Positions 12,499 through 23,207 of a stretch of 64,000 nucleotides of DNA are shown here, piece after piece. How positions within the stretch are numbered: the stretch's first letter is position 1; the number at the start of each line of letters is the position of its first letter. The stretch comes from Anthoceros angustus. Lineage: Eukaryota > Plantae > Anthocerotophyta. The stretch covers positions 868,001 through 932,000 of the forward strand of contig VJWM01000103.1 of NCBI GenBank assembly GCA_010909165.1. The letters run 5' to 3'. Both the position numbers and the translations under genes were made by a program. The notes below the pieces were generated by a model. The model saw only the letters and a program-made list of their open reading frames with translations. It had not been told where the DNA came from and ran no database searches.

Positions 12499-14527
12499 TT
12501 ATCGAATGCAGCTGATGTTGCTGAAACTGCATTTGGACTCCTTGGGCCGTCCACTGGCAGTGGTCTTGGTTTCAGGGTTACCGAACACCCTCCAAAATCG
12601 AAGAGTCTCATCCCCAGCAGCGGTGGCCACACTGTACCCATCAGGGCTCTGCAGATGCAGAAGGTGGACTACGTTAGTTCACGTATGAGATAGAGGCTAG
12701 AGGACAAAATGCCAAAAGCGGGCAGTTGCTTACATACCTGGGCCATGTGAAGCACTCTTGAGGTGTGACCGGTCAACTCAGCCATCTTGACCATTGTCGG
12801 GTACTTCCAAAGGATGAGCTGGTTTTGGCTGAACCCATGGGAGCTCAGGATTTCACGTTCATGCTGGCTCCACTGGAGAGAACACACTTGGGAATGTGTG
12901 TCGATGCTGTTCAAGCATGCGCCGGTGTGGGTGTTCCAGAACTTGATGCACCTGTCGGCTGTTCCTCCACCTGAAGCCAGCAGGTTGCTCTGGAATGGAC
13001 ACCATGCCAAGGCCTTGACGGCAGCTTGGTGGTCGGTGAGGCGGTGAAGGTAGGTGGAAGGAGCACCAGAGGCTCCGGCAGCAGCATCCCAGATGTGCAA
13101 CAGATTGTCGTTGCCTCCACTTGCCAGCTGCTGCCCGGAGGGAGACCATTTCAGTCCACATACTTCCTGCTCATGGGCGTCCATCCTTGCAACAACGTGA
13201 TCCCGTACCCTCACTGGTAATCCAACATACATTTCGGACGTCAGGGAGCTGCAGCAGGTTATGGTAACGCAAGTTGCGGGGATTCGTCCAAGTAGCTAGC
13301 ACCTACCATCGTGATTGAAGATCATGTTGTCACGTCCACCGGTGCTCAAAATGGGTCCATTCCATGCGAGTGCTCCAACACGAGCACTGTGGCCCTTCAG
13401 GGATCGGACCTGGACAATCGCCATGGACTACTGTCAGCTTCTTGATCCCCTTGATCCAAATGCCTAATCATCACAGGCCTGGGAACCAGAGAGTCCGACT
13501 GTGGTGGTCAAACCTGCTGAAGTGAAGCAGAGTCCCAGAGTTGGACATCAGAGTTGTTTAGTCCAACAGCAATATACTTGCCATCCGGTGCCCATCCAAC
13601 GCTAGTGACAGGACCACGGTCATCTCCAACCGTCATCAGCTCCTCAATGGAGCTGGTCTTTGCATCCCACAGATACACTGTGTTGCCCAGAGCAACAGCC
13701 AGAACATTGCTTATGCTCCAGTCCAGAAGGTTCAGGTAGTAGTCGTCCAGAAGTTCCGGAGCATCTAGCACTCTTTCGGCAGTCTGCAGCGGCCATGGAG
13801 ATTAGCATGGGTGCAGGTAATGAACAGAATCTGCTGGATGAAAGAAAATGAATGGAAATATCATAACACACACCTGAGGAACGTGACGAAACATCTTCCT
13901 AGACTTTGCAGGACCGGAGACAGAGTTCTGCGTGTAGAGAAGTTTCATGGGATTCTCGAATCCCTCAGGAGGGGGTGGAGGCTTGCTCTTGAAAGCCAGA
14001 ATTCTAACTTGCTGTTCTTTCAACAAGTTATCAGCTAATTGCTTCTTATACTCTTCCTGGAGATCAAGAGGGCAACGGGAGTCTTAGGTGGGAGGTATCA
14101 TCCAGACAAGGAAGAGAGTCTTGATAGGAGAAAAGAACTACCTTCATGGGAGAGCAGTCAGCCGAGGAGTTCTCCTTGGACAGCATGTAGTTGGCCATAT
14201 TCATATCCATAGCGCTCCGCTCAGGAATAAAACGATCACTCTGCATCCAGTAGGTGGATAACATGTCAGACGTGCCCTAGAGACTGAGTCGAACACGCAA
14301 AATCAAATACCCTAAAATCCGCGCTTCTCAGAGCGCCCATCTGCAATGCCCTGAGCCACCCATCCGACAAATCTGAGAGCATTGTTTGCTTGCTGCTGCA
14401 CCTTCATGCCAGGTGTCTTGCTGGTAGGCGTCTTTCGAGCCAGAAGACTTGGAGAAGAGTGTTCCCGCAGCGGGCAGCGCCTGATAGATTTGATGGCACT
14501 TTTCGGTGTCTTGTAGGAGGTAGCCAT
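12499..14527 (-). CDS. CDC20: APC/C activator CDC20 (fizzy), multi-exon
   Basis: C-box DRFIP, RILAF Mad2-binding motif, WD40 repeats ([47 protein letters not shown]) and a C-terminal IR tail (NISCIR*). Confidence 0.97.
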
Positions 14528-14785
14528 GGCAGATGTGGCGCGCTACAAACAAACTGTTAACAACCTCTCTTCCCCCTCTTACCAGGGGAGAACAGAAGCG
14601 ATAAACAAACAACTCAACAAGCTACCAAAACCTACGAACAAAACTCGGGATTCAAGGAAGAGAAGTACATATCAAAATGCATGCACAAACAGGTCAGTCA
14701 ATCACGAACAACCGCACATCAGCTGGAATGCCAGCGAGCTTGCAACGAGGGCAGGAGCAGAATCAGCGCTGTCCCACACGCAGTG

Positions 14786-14982
14786 AACGGGAAAGCGTTT
14801 GCGTGCGGGGGGAGCGCGATTCTGCAGAAGCGGACAGTGCTATACTGTAAGCCTTATACCGCACTGTCCTCTGCGGGGACGGGGAAGGGATCTCTGGTTT
14901 CAGCTACACGATTGGGAAAGAGGTAACGGACCTCGACGAGGACGCCCATTTGAACACTCCCAACGGTAATGTGCTGCAACGG
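14786..14982. promoter_or_regulatory. Cluster of four AACGG (MSA-like, MYB3R-binding) cores upstream of CDC20
   Basis: AACGG at 14786, 14925, 14962 and 14978; the 14962 site reads CCCAACGGTA, close to the YCYAACGGYY consensus. Confidence 0.6.
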
Positions 14983-15055
14983 TCCTTTGAAATGTAAAAT
15001 GTTCGGCCATTTCTTGTAAATAGTTTCACAGTTTTGGTACAAAATGAAATGAATC

Positions 15056-16547
15056 CTATCGTTTTCCTCTTCTAGCATGGTCCCAAAACCCATGTCTTCC
15101 TGACGAATGTTTGTTTGAATCCTTTGTTGATGTAATGTGCTTGTGATAATGGTTTCTATATCTCTTCTCGGAGTCTGAATATGGAATATCTTTTCTGCTA
15201 CTCCTTCTAATATTATTGTAAGAATGTCTATCCCTCTCCGTACGGTAGGATGACTTTCTAAGTCTGTCAACATATAAGTTTTCAAAAGAAGTTGTTCTTG
15301 AAGTGTCATAGTATTTGTTGTGGTGAGAGTGAGAATAAGAGTGTGACCTTCTCCTTCCAAGCTTCTCCAATGCTCTTCGAAGTTTTCGAGTGTGTTTATT
15401 AGTAAGAATATCAGTCCAACTGGCTTTCACATCTTTGCGACATTGTCGTTGTTGCTCTTCATACTTAGGGTCAGTCTCTTTTATGTAGTGTTTGGGCTCA
15501 CACAATTCCTGGGAGTTTGTTAGTTGCTTCAGTAATAGAGATTTTATGAAATTACTTTTTCAAGAAGTTTTAAGAGTTCAAATACTCACTGGATGTTTGG
15601 AATAAAATTTTTTATAGCCTCCTCTCAAAACAAACAAGTGTGGGAAGGCTTTATCATGTCCTGTGACTTTATGACGAGCTCGATCGAGAGCTTTCATTAA
15701 CTTGAACCTGGAGTAATATGAACATGTCAAGTCGGTCCATGTTCATTATTTCCTTGTGAATCATAAAAAAATATTTTTACAGATAGAACTGAGAACAAGC
15801 AAACTGACCGTCTGTTGTAAGACACAATGGTCATCTGCTGCAAGTAAGACAAAGGTAGCTTTTCGAACTGCAATTCTTGGCCATTCAATTATCCTGATGA
15901 ACGTGGTTTCTTGGGAGCTTGAACACTTGGCTTATCTTAAGATCTCAAAAGACTATTTTTGATGGAGCTGGATAGGAAAATCTTACTACGAATTAAGACT
16001 ACTTACATTTTGGGACCTCGTATATGAGAATACTCGCAATGAAAGATAATAATTGTTCGAGAACCATGCCCAACATGGGTATTATAGACATATTGCTCCA
16101 GGAGCAGTGGGTCACTTATATTTAATGCTCCCTGAAACAAAGTTAAAGACACCAGTTACATTCACCTTATACAAATTAGTGAGAGGTAAATTTTCTTGTT
16201 CTTTCAACAAGTAAACTGAATAATGTATGTCTGACATACTTTGATATGACCTCCTGCATATTCAAAAAAATAACGACAATCCACTAGCACAAATGTGTCC
16301 GCATCATATTTTAACTCGTTGGTTACAATTCCCTTCAGCTGCAAGAAACATGATAAGAAATGAAAAGTTCATATTAGCCTTGTCTTTATTCGAAGTAAAT
16401 AATATGATGATTGTAAAGTTTTGATTGAATTTTAATTACCACATCCACAGAAATTGTGGGATACTTAGATCTGGATACAAGAGGAAGAATTGAAGCTAAA
16501 TGAATCCTATGTTTTTTCTTTGGCCTTCCTGAATTACTTTCCTCCAT
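15056..16547 (-). CDS. CDC25: Canonical CDC25 (M-phase inducer) phosphatase, 5 exons: 16440-16547, 16240-16338, 16007-16131, 15590-15707, 15056-15508 (903 nt, 300 aa)
   Basis: Spliced translation includes LPLVSRSKYPTISVDVLKGIV, FVLVDCRYFFEYAGGHIKGALNI, IIIFHCEYSHIRGPKM, LDR, FPHLFVLRGGYKKFYSKHPELCEPKHY. All four introns are GT-AG with matching phases and there is no internal stop. The start codon is the least certain part. Confidence 0.9.
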
Positions 16548-17964
16548 TTGTTCTTGATCAAAATTTTATAAATTCATTTGTTTGCAGCAAGAGTGAATTT
16601 GTTGCATTCTAGACATGGATTTAATGTTGTTTTATTTGTCTACGTAAAGATACAAAATCTGCTTGCTTATGTAGACTTGGTTCAAGTTTGTTCATATTCT
16701 ATTTTTCACATTATTTTGACATAAAAATATTTTTATCCACACCATTAACAATCAAGGAATATCTACAAAATTATTCATGGGTGACCCATCTTTAGTAAAA
16801 AGAAACACAATTTCTCTTCAAAATGCATTCAAACATCTCATCATACTCAAACTAGGTGTATAGTCTTAGGTAACATACTAACTTGTAGAAATTATAGTAT
16901 TTTCTAAGTTTTTGAAAAACATGGGTAGGACATGAACTTAACTGAAATATAATTACTTTATGAGTTAAACTTACTAGATAGGTACCAGTGCCTACACTTA
17001 GAAGATACTTTTAAGTTTATTTTGTAATCCCTCTAAAATCTCCTACATTATGTTAATGTATATTTCTTCAATGAAAACTCATGTACAATTACAAAAATAT
17101 ATATCAAATAATAATTTATATATATGCCTAGATATATTTAAATAACTTTGTTTCATGAGGTTCATTCATATTCCTTTTGATTGATTGAAGACATGTTCAG
17201 AAAACTTTAATCGAGACATTTTCAACTTAAATCTTGTGATATTGTATACTGGTAGGTAGGCCTTTCCACATTCTAATTTCAGAAATTTATAGTAGGTGTA
17301 GTAGGAGATTTTTTGTTGGACCTTTATACAATCTAGTACTTTAGGGCACCGATCACTAATCTCCTTTTCACACTGTATTGGAGTAGATAGTATAACTCAT
17401 CTTTGTTACATAAAGACTCACCATATTATCAGTATTACTTATATATAGCTCATTAATTAATTATTAAAAACCATGGAGATCTTATAAATATGTAGAGATG
17501 CGGAGTCTCATCTACACTTGGGCAGTGGGAACAAACCTCTAAGGGGTGCTAGACCAAGGGCGACTAGCCCCCCCTGCCCCCCTTTCCCCCTCATTATCTA
17601 TCCTGAACCTACCTATCGGTCTAGAGCTGTCATAGTCTTGAATAAGGAAGAGCCTACATACCAACGGAATTGGAGATGTTTCATGCCCCCGCATTGAAAT
17701 CGGGTGGGTGGATATTAATTGATAAGTAAAGACTTATATCATTCTCTATTTTTTTCTATTTTTAGGTTTTATTTTTACTTTACTTCAATTTTTATAGGCC
17801 TTAAGAGTCCCACAAACAGGGACATAATATGCCCCGTGACGGCGGGGTTCGATCCAATAGGGGGCTTCTTGTGACATGAAATATGTATAGGAAGGTAAAC
17901 ACAAGAACACTACTAAGTAGGACATATCTGATTGTATACGGGTAGAGTAGGATAAGTATTGCAT

Positions 17965-18500
17965 CGACAACTTTTTCCAACGCGATGAGATTTTGCTTGG
18001 GTTTGGTCCAACCTCTAGCCTACTCTCTGTCAACATGCAGCTGTGGGGTCCCAATCAATGACTCTAGGACCCACCTGGTTCACTGTCTCGCTGGCTGATA
18101 GCGCGCATACACCCTACTCAATGACGTTTCTCGTTGAGCATACCTTATTTTGACCTGGGAGAACCAGGTTTCTGTTGCTGATGTGGTGGTAATATAGCCT
18201 ATCCGAGACAGTGTCTGCGAGCATGTTATAATCAACCCTCCGGATTGGGCAGACGAGGGGTGCTCAAGAACAAAGGTCCACAGGTACTCTCCCATGCAGG
18301 ATGGCCACACCTTCATCCCCCTTGCCATCGAGACTCACAAGGCAATGGGCAAGGATTTCTCTAGGCTCGTCAAGGCTTGTGCCAAGGCTTACTACAATCG
18401 CAAGAATGAGGTTGGTCTCCCCCTTTCTTGTATTGTGGCTTTCTTTCATGCAACAGGTATCTATCGCCCTGTAAAGGGCGTTGGCAAACACGGTGTACAG
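17965..18500 (+). mobile_element. CRE-clade retrotransposon 3' fragment (copy B): zinc knuckle and restriction-like endonuclease
   Basis: RFCLGLVQPLAYSLSTCSCG...THLVHC and MQDGHTFIPLAIETHKAMGKDF; homologous to copies C and D. Confidence 0.8.
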
Positions 18501-18737
18501 AACGGTGGCAAGCGCTTAAATTTGAATAAGTGTTTGAATTTTCACTTCGAAAAGGGAAGGGAAAAACATGTGTAATTTGATACAAAGTTTATTTGAATCC
18601 AAAGATCTTGACATCAGGGTTTTCATCTTGATGTCCAAACTTATTGCAGCATTGATTTAGGAGGAGTCAACTCGACGTCACCTTTCCTCCAGAACTAACA
18701 AGCAGCAAGTGATGTATACACAAAGGGGTAGAGGAAG

Positions 18738-19430
18738 ATGACGAGGATGTGGCTGAGGTTCTGCATCCCAACGACCCTATATAACTCTCGGATTGGAGAG
18801 CCGTCATCGTTTGCAAGAGGTAATAAGAAGAGTGGAACAATATGTAATTGGTGTAGAAGACCCAATCATATGGAAAAGGATTGTAGAAAAAAGAAGAATG
18901 AGGAACCTAGGAAAGAGGCTCCACCTAGAACAAACGTTATTGTGAAGACAAAGCAATCTTCAACAACTCCTGGTGTACTCATTGTATGCTTGACCTCCTT
19001 CGAATTCAAGCTTGCCAACACTTATAGGTACTTGGACAGTGGAGCTACATCACCAAGTCTGTTACAATAGAGACTCATTTGTTACAGTAGAGACTCATTT
19101 GAGTCTTTCGTACTTGCCAGCCACAGGACACAAGACAATCCTCCTCAAAGATGATCACAACCTTACCATAGCGGGTATAAATTCCGTTGTACTCAGGTGT
19201 GATTCAGGTCAAGCTGTTCGTATTCATCAGGTCTCTCAGGTTCTTCTTGCCATGTGCAAAAATAAAGCTTCTCGCCAGCCACAGGACAGAAGACAGTCCT
19301 CCTCGGAGATGATTACAACCTTACCATAGCAGGTGTAGATTCTATTGTACTCATGTGTGATTCAAGTCAAACTGTTCGTATTCATCAAGTCCCTCAGGTT
19401 CCCCGCCATGTGCCAAAATAACGCTTCCTG
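18738..19430 (+). mobile_element. Ty1/Copia gag-protease fragment with an internal ~157 bp tandem duplication
   Basis: CCHC knuckle CNWCRRPNHMEKDC, protease YLDSGAT, then LKDDHNLTIAG; duplicated unit at ~19115-19270 and ~19272-19430. Confidence 0.75.
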
Positions 19431-19695
19431 AAATTTTAAGCTTAAGATATTGATGGATATGATAAAGATCAATTCTCTCGTATCTTACAGTCGATGCACT
19501 CATACAACCCTGTCAAAAATAACACTTTTTAAACTTTTAAGCTTAACATATTGATAGATATGGTATAGATAAGTCCTTTGGTGACTTAAGGTCGATGCAC
19601 ACATACGACCCAGTAAAAAATAACGGTTCTTGATTGATTCATTATGATAACATGGTTTCACGAATACCAGGTGGTCACCGGAAAGCACACATATA

Positions 19696-20225
19696 CAGTC
19701 CACCCCCCCTAATTGGGACTGGTTCGGAGTGCCTTTAGAGGTCCCATTAAGGGAGGTGTCCCGATTGTATTTTCCCTATTTAAAAATAATAAAAATGTTA
19801 TACTTTAAAACAAATCAAAAAATACCCAAAAAAAGAAAATTTAAATTTTGATTGATAGGTTTCACTAAAAATAACTTTTACCAGTTCTTTATATAGTTGT
19901 TTGAAAGCTAGCACTCTCTCTAAGCAGCATCAAAAAACCTCTACCTATCATGAAGAAAAAGCTTAGCTTAAGAGTCTTCAATCACACCTAAAAGTCTATA
20001 AAGCTCTGAAATAATGGATTCTTTTTCTTTTTTAGATTTTTAGTAAAAAATGAGAAATCCCATTTAGGGAGGTAAAACTAACATGAATGTATGCTTCAAA
20101 AGGTCCCAAGTATCATTTAGGGAAAAGTCCCATTTGTTACATTATAAACTAAAGGGAGTAGGATGGGAGGTCCCATTTAGAGAGGAATCCCATTTATAGA
20201 ATTCCCAATTAGGGGGGGCCGACTG
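19696..20225. mobile_element. Tc1/mariner-type MITE (~530 bp) with TIRs and TA target duplication
   Basis: TA|CAGTCCACCCCCCCTAATTGGGA ... TCCCAATTAGGGGGGGCCGACTG|TA; internal repeats of a TCCCATT(T)A motif; non-coding and AT-rich. Confidence 0.8.
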
Positions 20226-20644
20226 TAATGCGATAAAAAATAACGCTTCCTGATTGATTCATTATGATAACATGGTTTCACAAATACCAATGGTCACCGG
20301 GTGGTCAATCTTACGTGGCATGACCTTAGTGTATCATATTGCACCCACCCAAAAGGTTAGGTGCAAAATGACACACCCGGTCGAATGGGGAATGTCAAAC
20401 CTATTTCTAATAAGCTTATGTCATAATTATTTTATCTTTATCTTAGAAAACGTATATCTTAGACTTATGAAGTGCAAAAATTTGTTGTTTTAAGGAAAGA
20501 GGGGATGGCGTGAACCCATCTGCTAATGGACACCAAAGAGAGACCTCAAGCATCAGAGTAAAGACGGACGAAGCAACTAAACTCTACATCTAAAATCACC
20601 CACCGCGCCGACAATGTGGTAATTAGGGCAATTGAATGTCGTAT

Positions 20645-23030
20645 TATAAAGCACTGCCCCGGGCCTCTCTTCGGGTGGCCTGTTTGGAACAGTCTATGAC
20701 CACCTTCGGGACCATTTTACTCCTAAGGATCCTTCTAGCAGTTTTTCCGAGCTGTTTCTTCTGGCTGCCGCTGTGGCGAGGGGGGAGACTCCTTCTCGGA
20801 TCTCTCAAGTGTTGGGTGCGAGCAGGTTGTTGGGGATGGAGAAGCCCACCCCAGGGGTGCGTCCTATCGCTGTCGGGGAGGCGTTCCTGTGGATTATTAG
20901 CCGTAGTATTGCCATCCAGCTCCGGGAGCAGTTCCAGGCCCATCTTAGTCCTCATTAGTTTGGGATTGCTCTTCAGTCGGCGTGGAGATGCAGCTTTTGG
21001 GGTGGAGGCGGTTCTCGAGACCCACCCTGATTGCTCTTCAGGTCGACGTGGAGAATGCCTTCAACTCTGTCTCACGATCAGCCATCTTCGACGAGCTCAA
21101 GAACGGAAGTGGGCAGTTGGCCAACCTTAGTCCCTTTGTCCGCTCCTTTTATGGATCTCCTTCCAACCTCTATTATCAGCATGGCCCCTCGGTGGAAGGG
21201 ATTTCTATGATGAGCTCGGCGACGGGCACTATGCAAGGTGACCCTCTGGGAGGTGCTCTCTTTGCGATGGCGCATTTCAGGGCTTTATCTTCTACTGCCT
21301 CTTCGGTGTGGGAATGTTTGTATTCGTCTATGGCCGACGATATCCATATCCTCGGGCCTGGAGACAAGGTTCAAGTAGCGCTTCAGAGCTCTCCTGCCTC
21401 GGTTTGAAGGTCAAAATCATCAAGTGCAAGGTTTGGTCTCCCTCTAGCGTTGTACCTTTTCTCCGGTATCCGGAGGGGGATATTGCTTCTACGCCGGGGC
21501 TTCGAGTTCTTGGTGTCCCGATTGGGCCTCCTGCCTTCACCCAAGATTATGTGGACGCGGCTTTGGCTGAAGATTTGGCGCACATTGACGACTTTTCTCA
21601 ACTGGGAGACTCGCAAGTGGCGTTTGGGATCCTCTCCTTTTGTTTTGCGCGCTGGCCAGGGTACCTTCTTCGAACGGTTGCCCCCTCCCCGGTTTTCTTA
21701 ACTAGCCTAAGGAATTTTGACAAGCGGCTTATGCAGGTTTTAGGCGACATCATCGACCCAGGCACCTTCGAGTGTGCGGCCGGGGATCTTGCAAAGCGGC
21801 AGGCGTTCCTTCCCATCGCTTTCGGGGGCACTAGTTTGCTGGCCACGGAGGCCTCCGCACTAGCGGCTTTCTTAGGGAGTTGGGCTCTCTCTGCCCTCAT
21901 CTTGTCTTCCCGTTTCTTAATTCGGCATTCACATATCTTGAAGGCTTTTGTCGCGGGCGTTGAAGAGGGGACTTTTCCCATGCGGGCCTCACTAAGATTA
22001 GCCAGGGACTCTTTATCCTCCGAGGCGAGGGCTGCCGTGCCGTCTTTTTCCTCGCTTTCTGAGGTTGGCCTCCGAGGGCTTCAGGCGTCCCTCCTGGAGA
22101 GACAGTACGGGCATGCGCAATTGGCCCTCCTCCGGGATTCCTCCATTCCTTAGCCCACTTGGGCTCGTCTCCGCTCTTGCTCAGGAAAGGGGGCAGGCTC
22201 ATGGCTTCTGGCTTGACCCAGTATTCAGGCGTTCCGCATCGCACTAGCAACTTTTTCCACCGCGATGCGTTTTCGCCTTGGCTTGGTCCATCCTCTAGCT
22301 TGCTCTCTTTCAACTTGGAGCTACGGGCCCCTCTCGATGACTTTGGAACGCACTTGGCTCGCTATCCCGCGGGTGGGCAGCGTATCGCTACACATGACGC
22401 CGTCCGGGATGTCATGTTCTCTATTGTCGAGGGAAGGTGGGTTCCTTCCATTTAGGGAGCGCCCTTACACCTTGCTCAACGAGGTTTCGCTTAGGGCATA
22501 CCTATTTTTGACCGGGGGGATCAGGTTTCGGTTGCTGATGCGGTGGTAACCGATCCCACCCGGGGGAGTGTCTGCGAACATGTTATTCTTAACCCTTCAG
22601 TTTGGGCGGCGGAGGGATGTGCGACGGCTAAGGTCCACAAGTACTCTCCTATGCAGGACGGCCACGCCTTCTCTAGGATTTCTCTAGGTACGTCAAGGCC
22701 TGCGCCAAGGCTTATCATAGCCGCAGGCATGGGGTTGGCCTCCCCCTGTCTTGTATTGTTGCTTTCTTCGGTGGGGTTTCCATCGCCTGCGAGGCGTTGG
22801 CTATGATGTATAGAACAACAGCGGAGATGCGACTTCTTGACACCGGTGGTAGTAGGCCTTTTCACATCCCTGACCACGAAGTTCTTCGGGCGGTTGGTAG
22901 TTTTGAAATGCGTGATCGTGGGGGCTAGTCCCCCGGCATGGTGCCCTTCGTCGGATTTTTTCCCTTTTTGTTTTTAGGGTGGATGGATTTTTCCCATCTT
23001 TTTTTTATAATAAAGTCTTCTTTCCAACCA
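20645..23030 (+). mobile_element. CRE-clade non-LTR retrotransposon, 5'-truncated (copy C): RT, zinc knuckle, RLE, 3' UTR
   Basis: SRLLGMEKPTPGVRPIAVGE, LQVDVENAFNSVSR, QGDPLGGALF, SMADDIHILG, GLRVLGVPIG, RFRLGL..THLAR..GGQRIATHDAVRD, ADAVVTDP..AAEGCATAKVHKY; T-rich 3' UTR with ATAAAG. Contains frameshifts and a stop. Confidence 0.85.
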
Positions 23031-23207
23031 ATTATAAAGCTGGTTTCTTGGGTTTGAATGTGTGACTACATTTATGAAGCTGGTTCTTTTTAAGGGTTGG
23101 ATTTGTGAAACGTCAGGTCAGTCGCGTTTTTGACCACCCGGAAGACAACAAACCTGACATGAGGCCATGACCGAATCGACTCGTTTAGATATAGATCGCC
23201 TTGTGCG

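Noticed and set aside
14854-15360. 168-aa minus-strand ORF with a faint resemblance to a LINE C-terminal knuckle (RIHFILYQNC)
   Set aside because: It is an alternative frame overlapping CDC25 exon 5. The other frame continues HP|ELCEPKHY through a proper splice site, and no RT lies upstream.
15056-16547. Interpretation as the plant ACR2/arsenate reductase (so-called AtCDC25)
   Set aside because: ACR2 proteins are about 130-150 aa and, from memory, have DVR..GHIAG and HCALSQVRGP. This gene has DCRY.FEY.GGHIKGA, HCEYS and the L.GGYK.F....P..CEP block typical of true CDC25.
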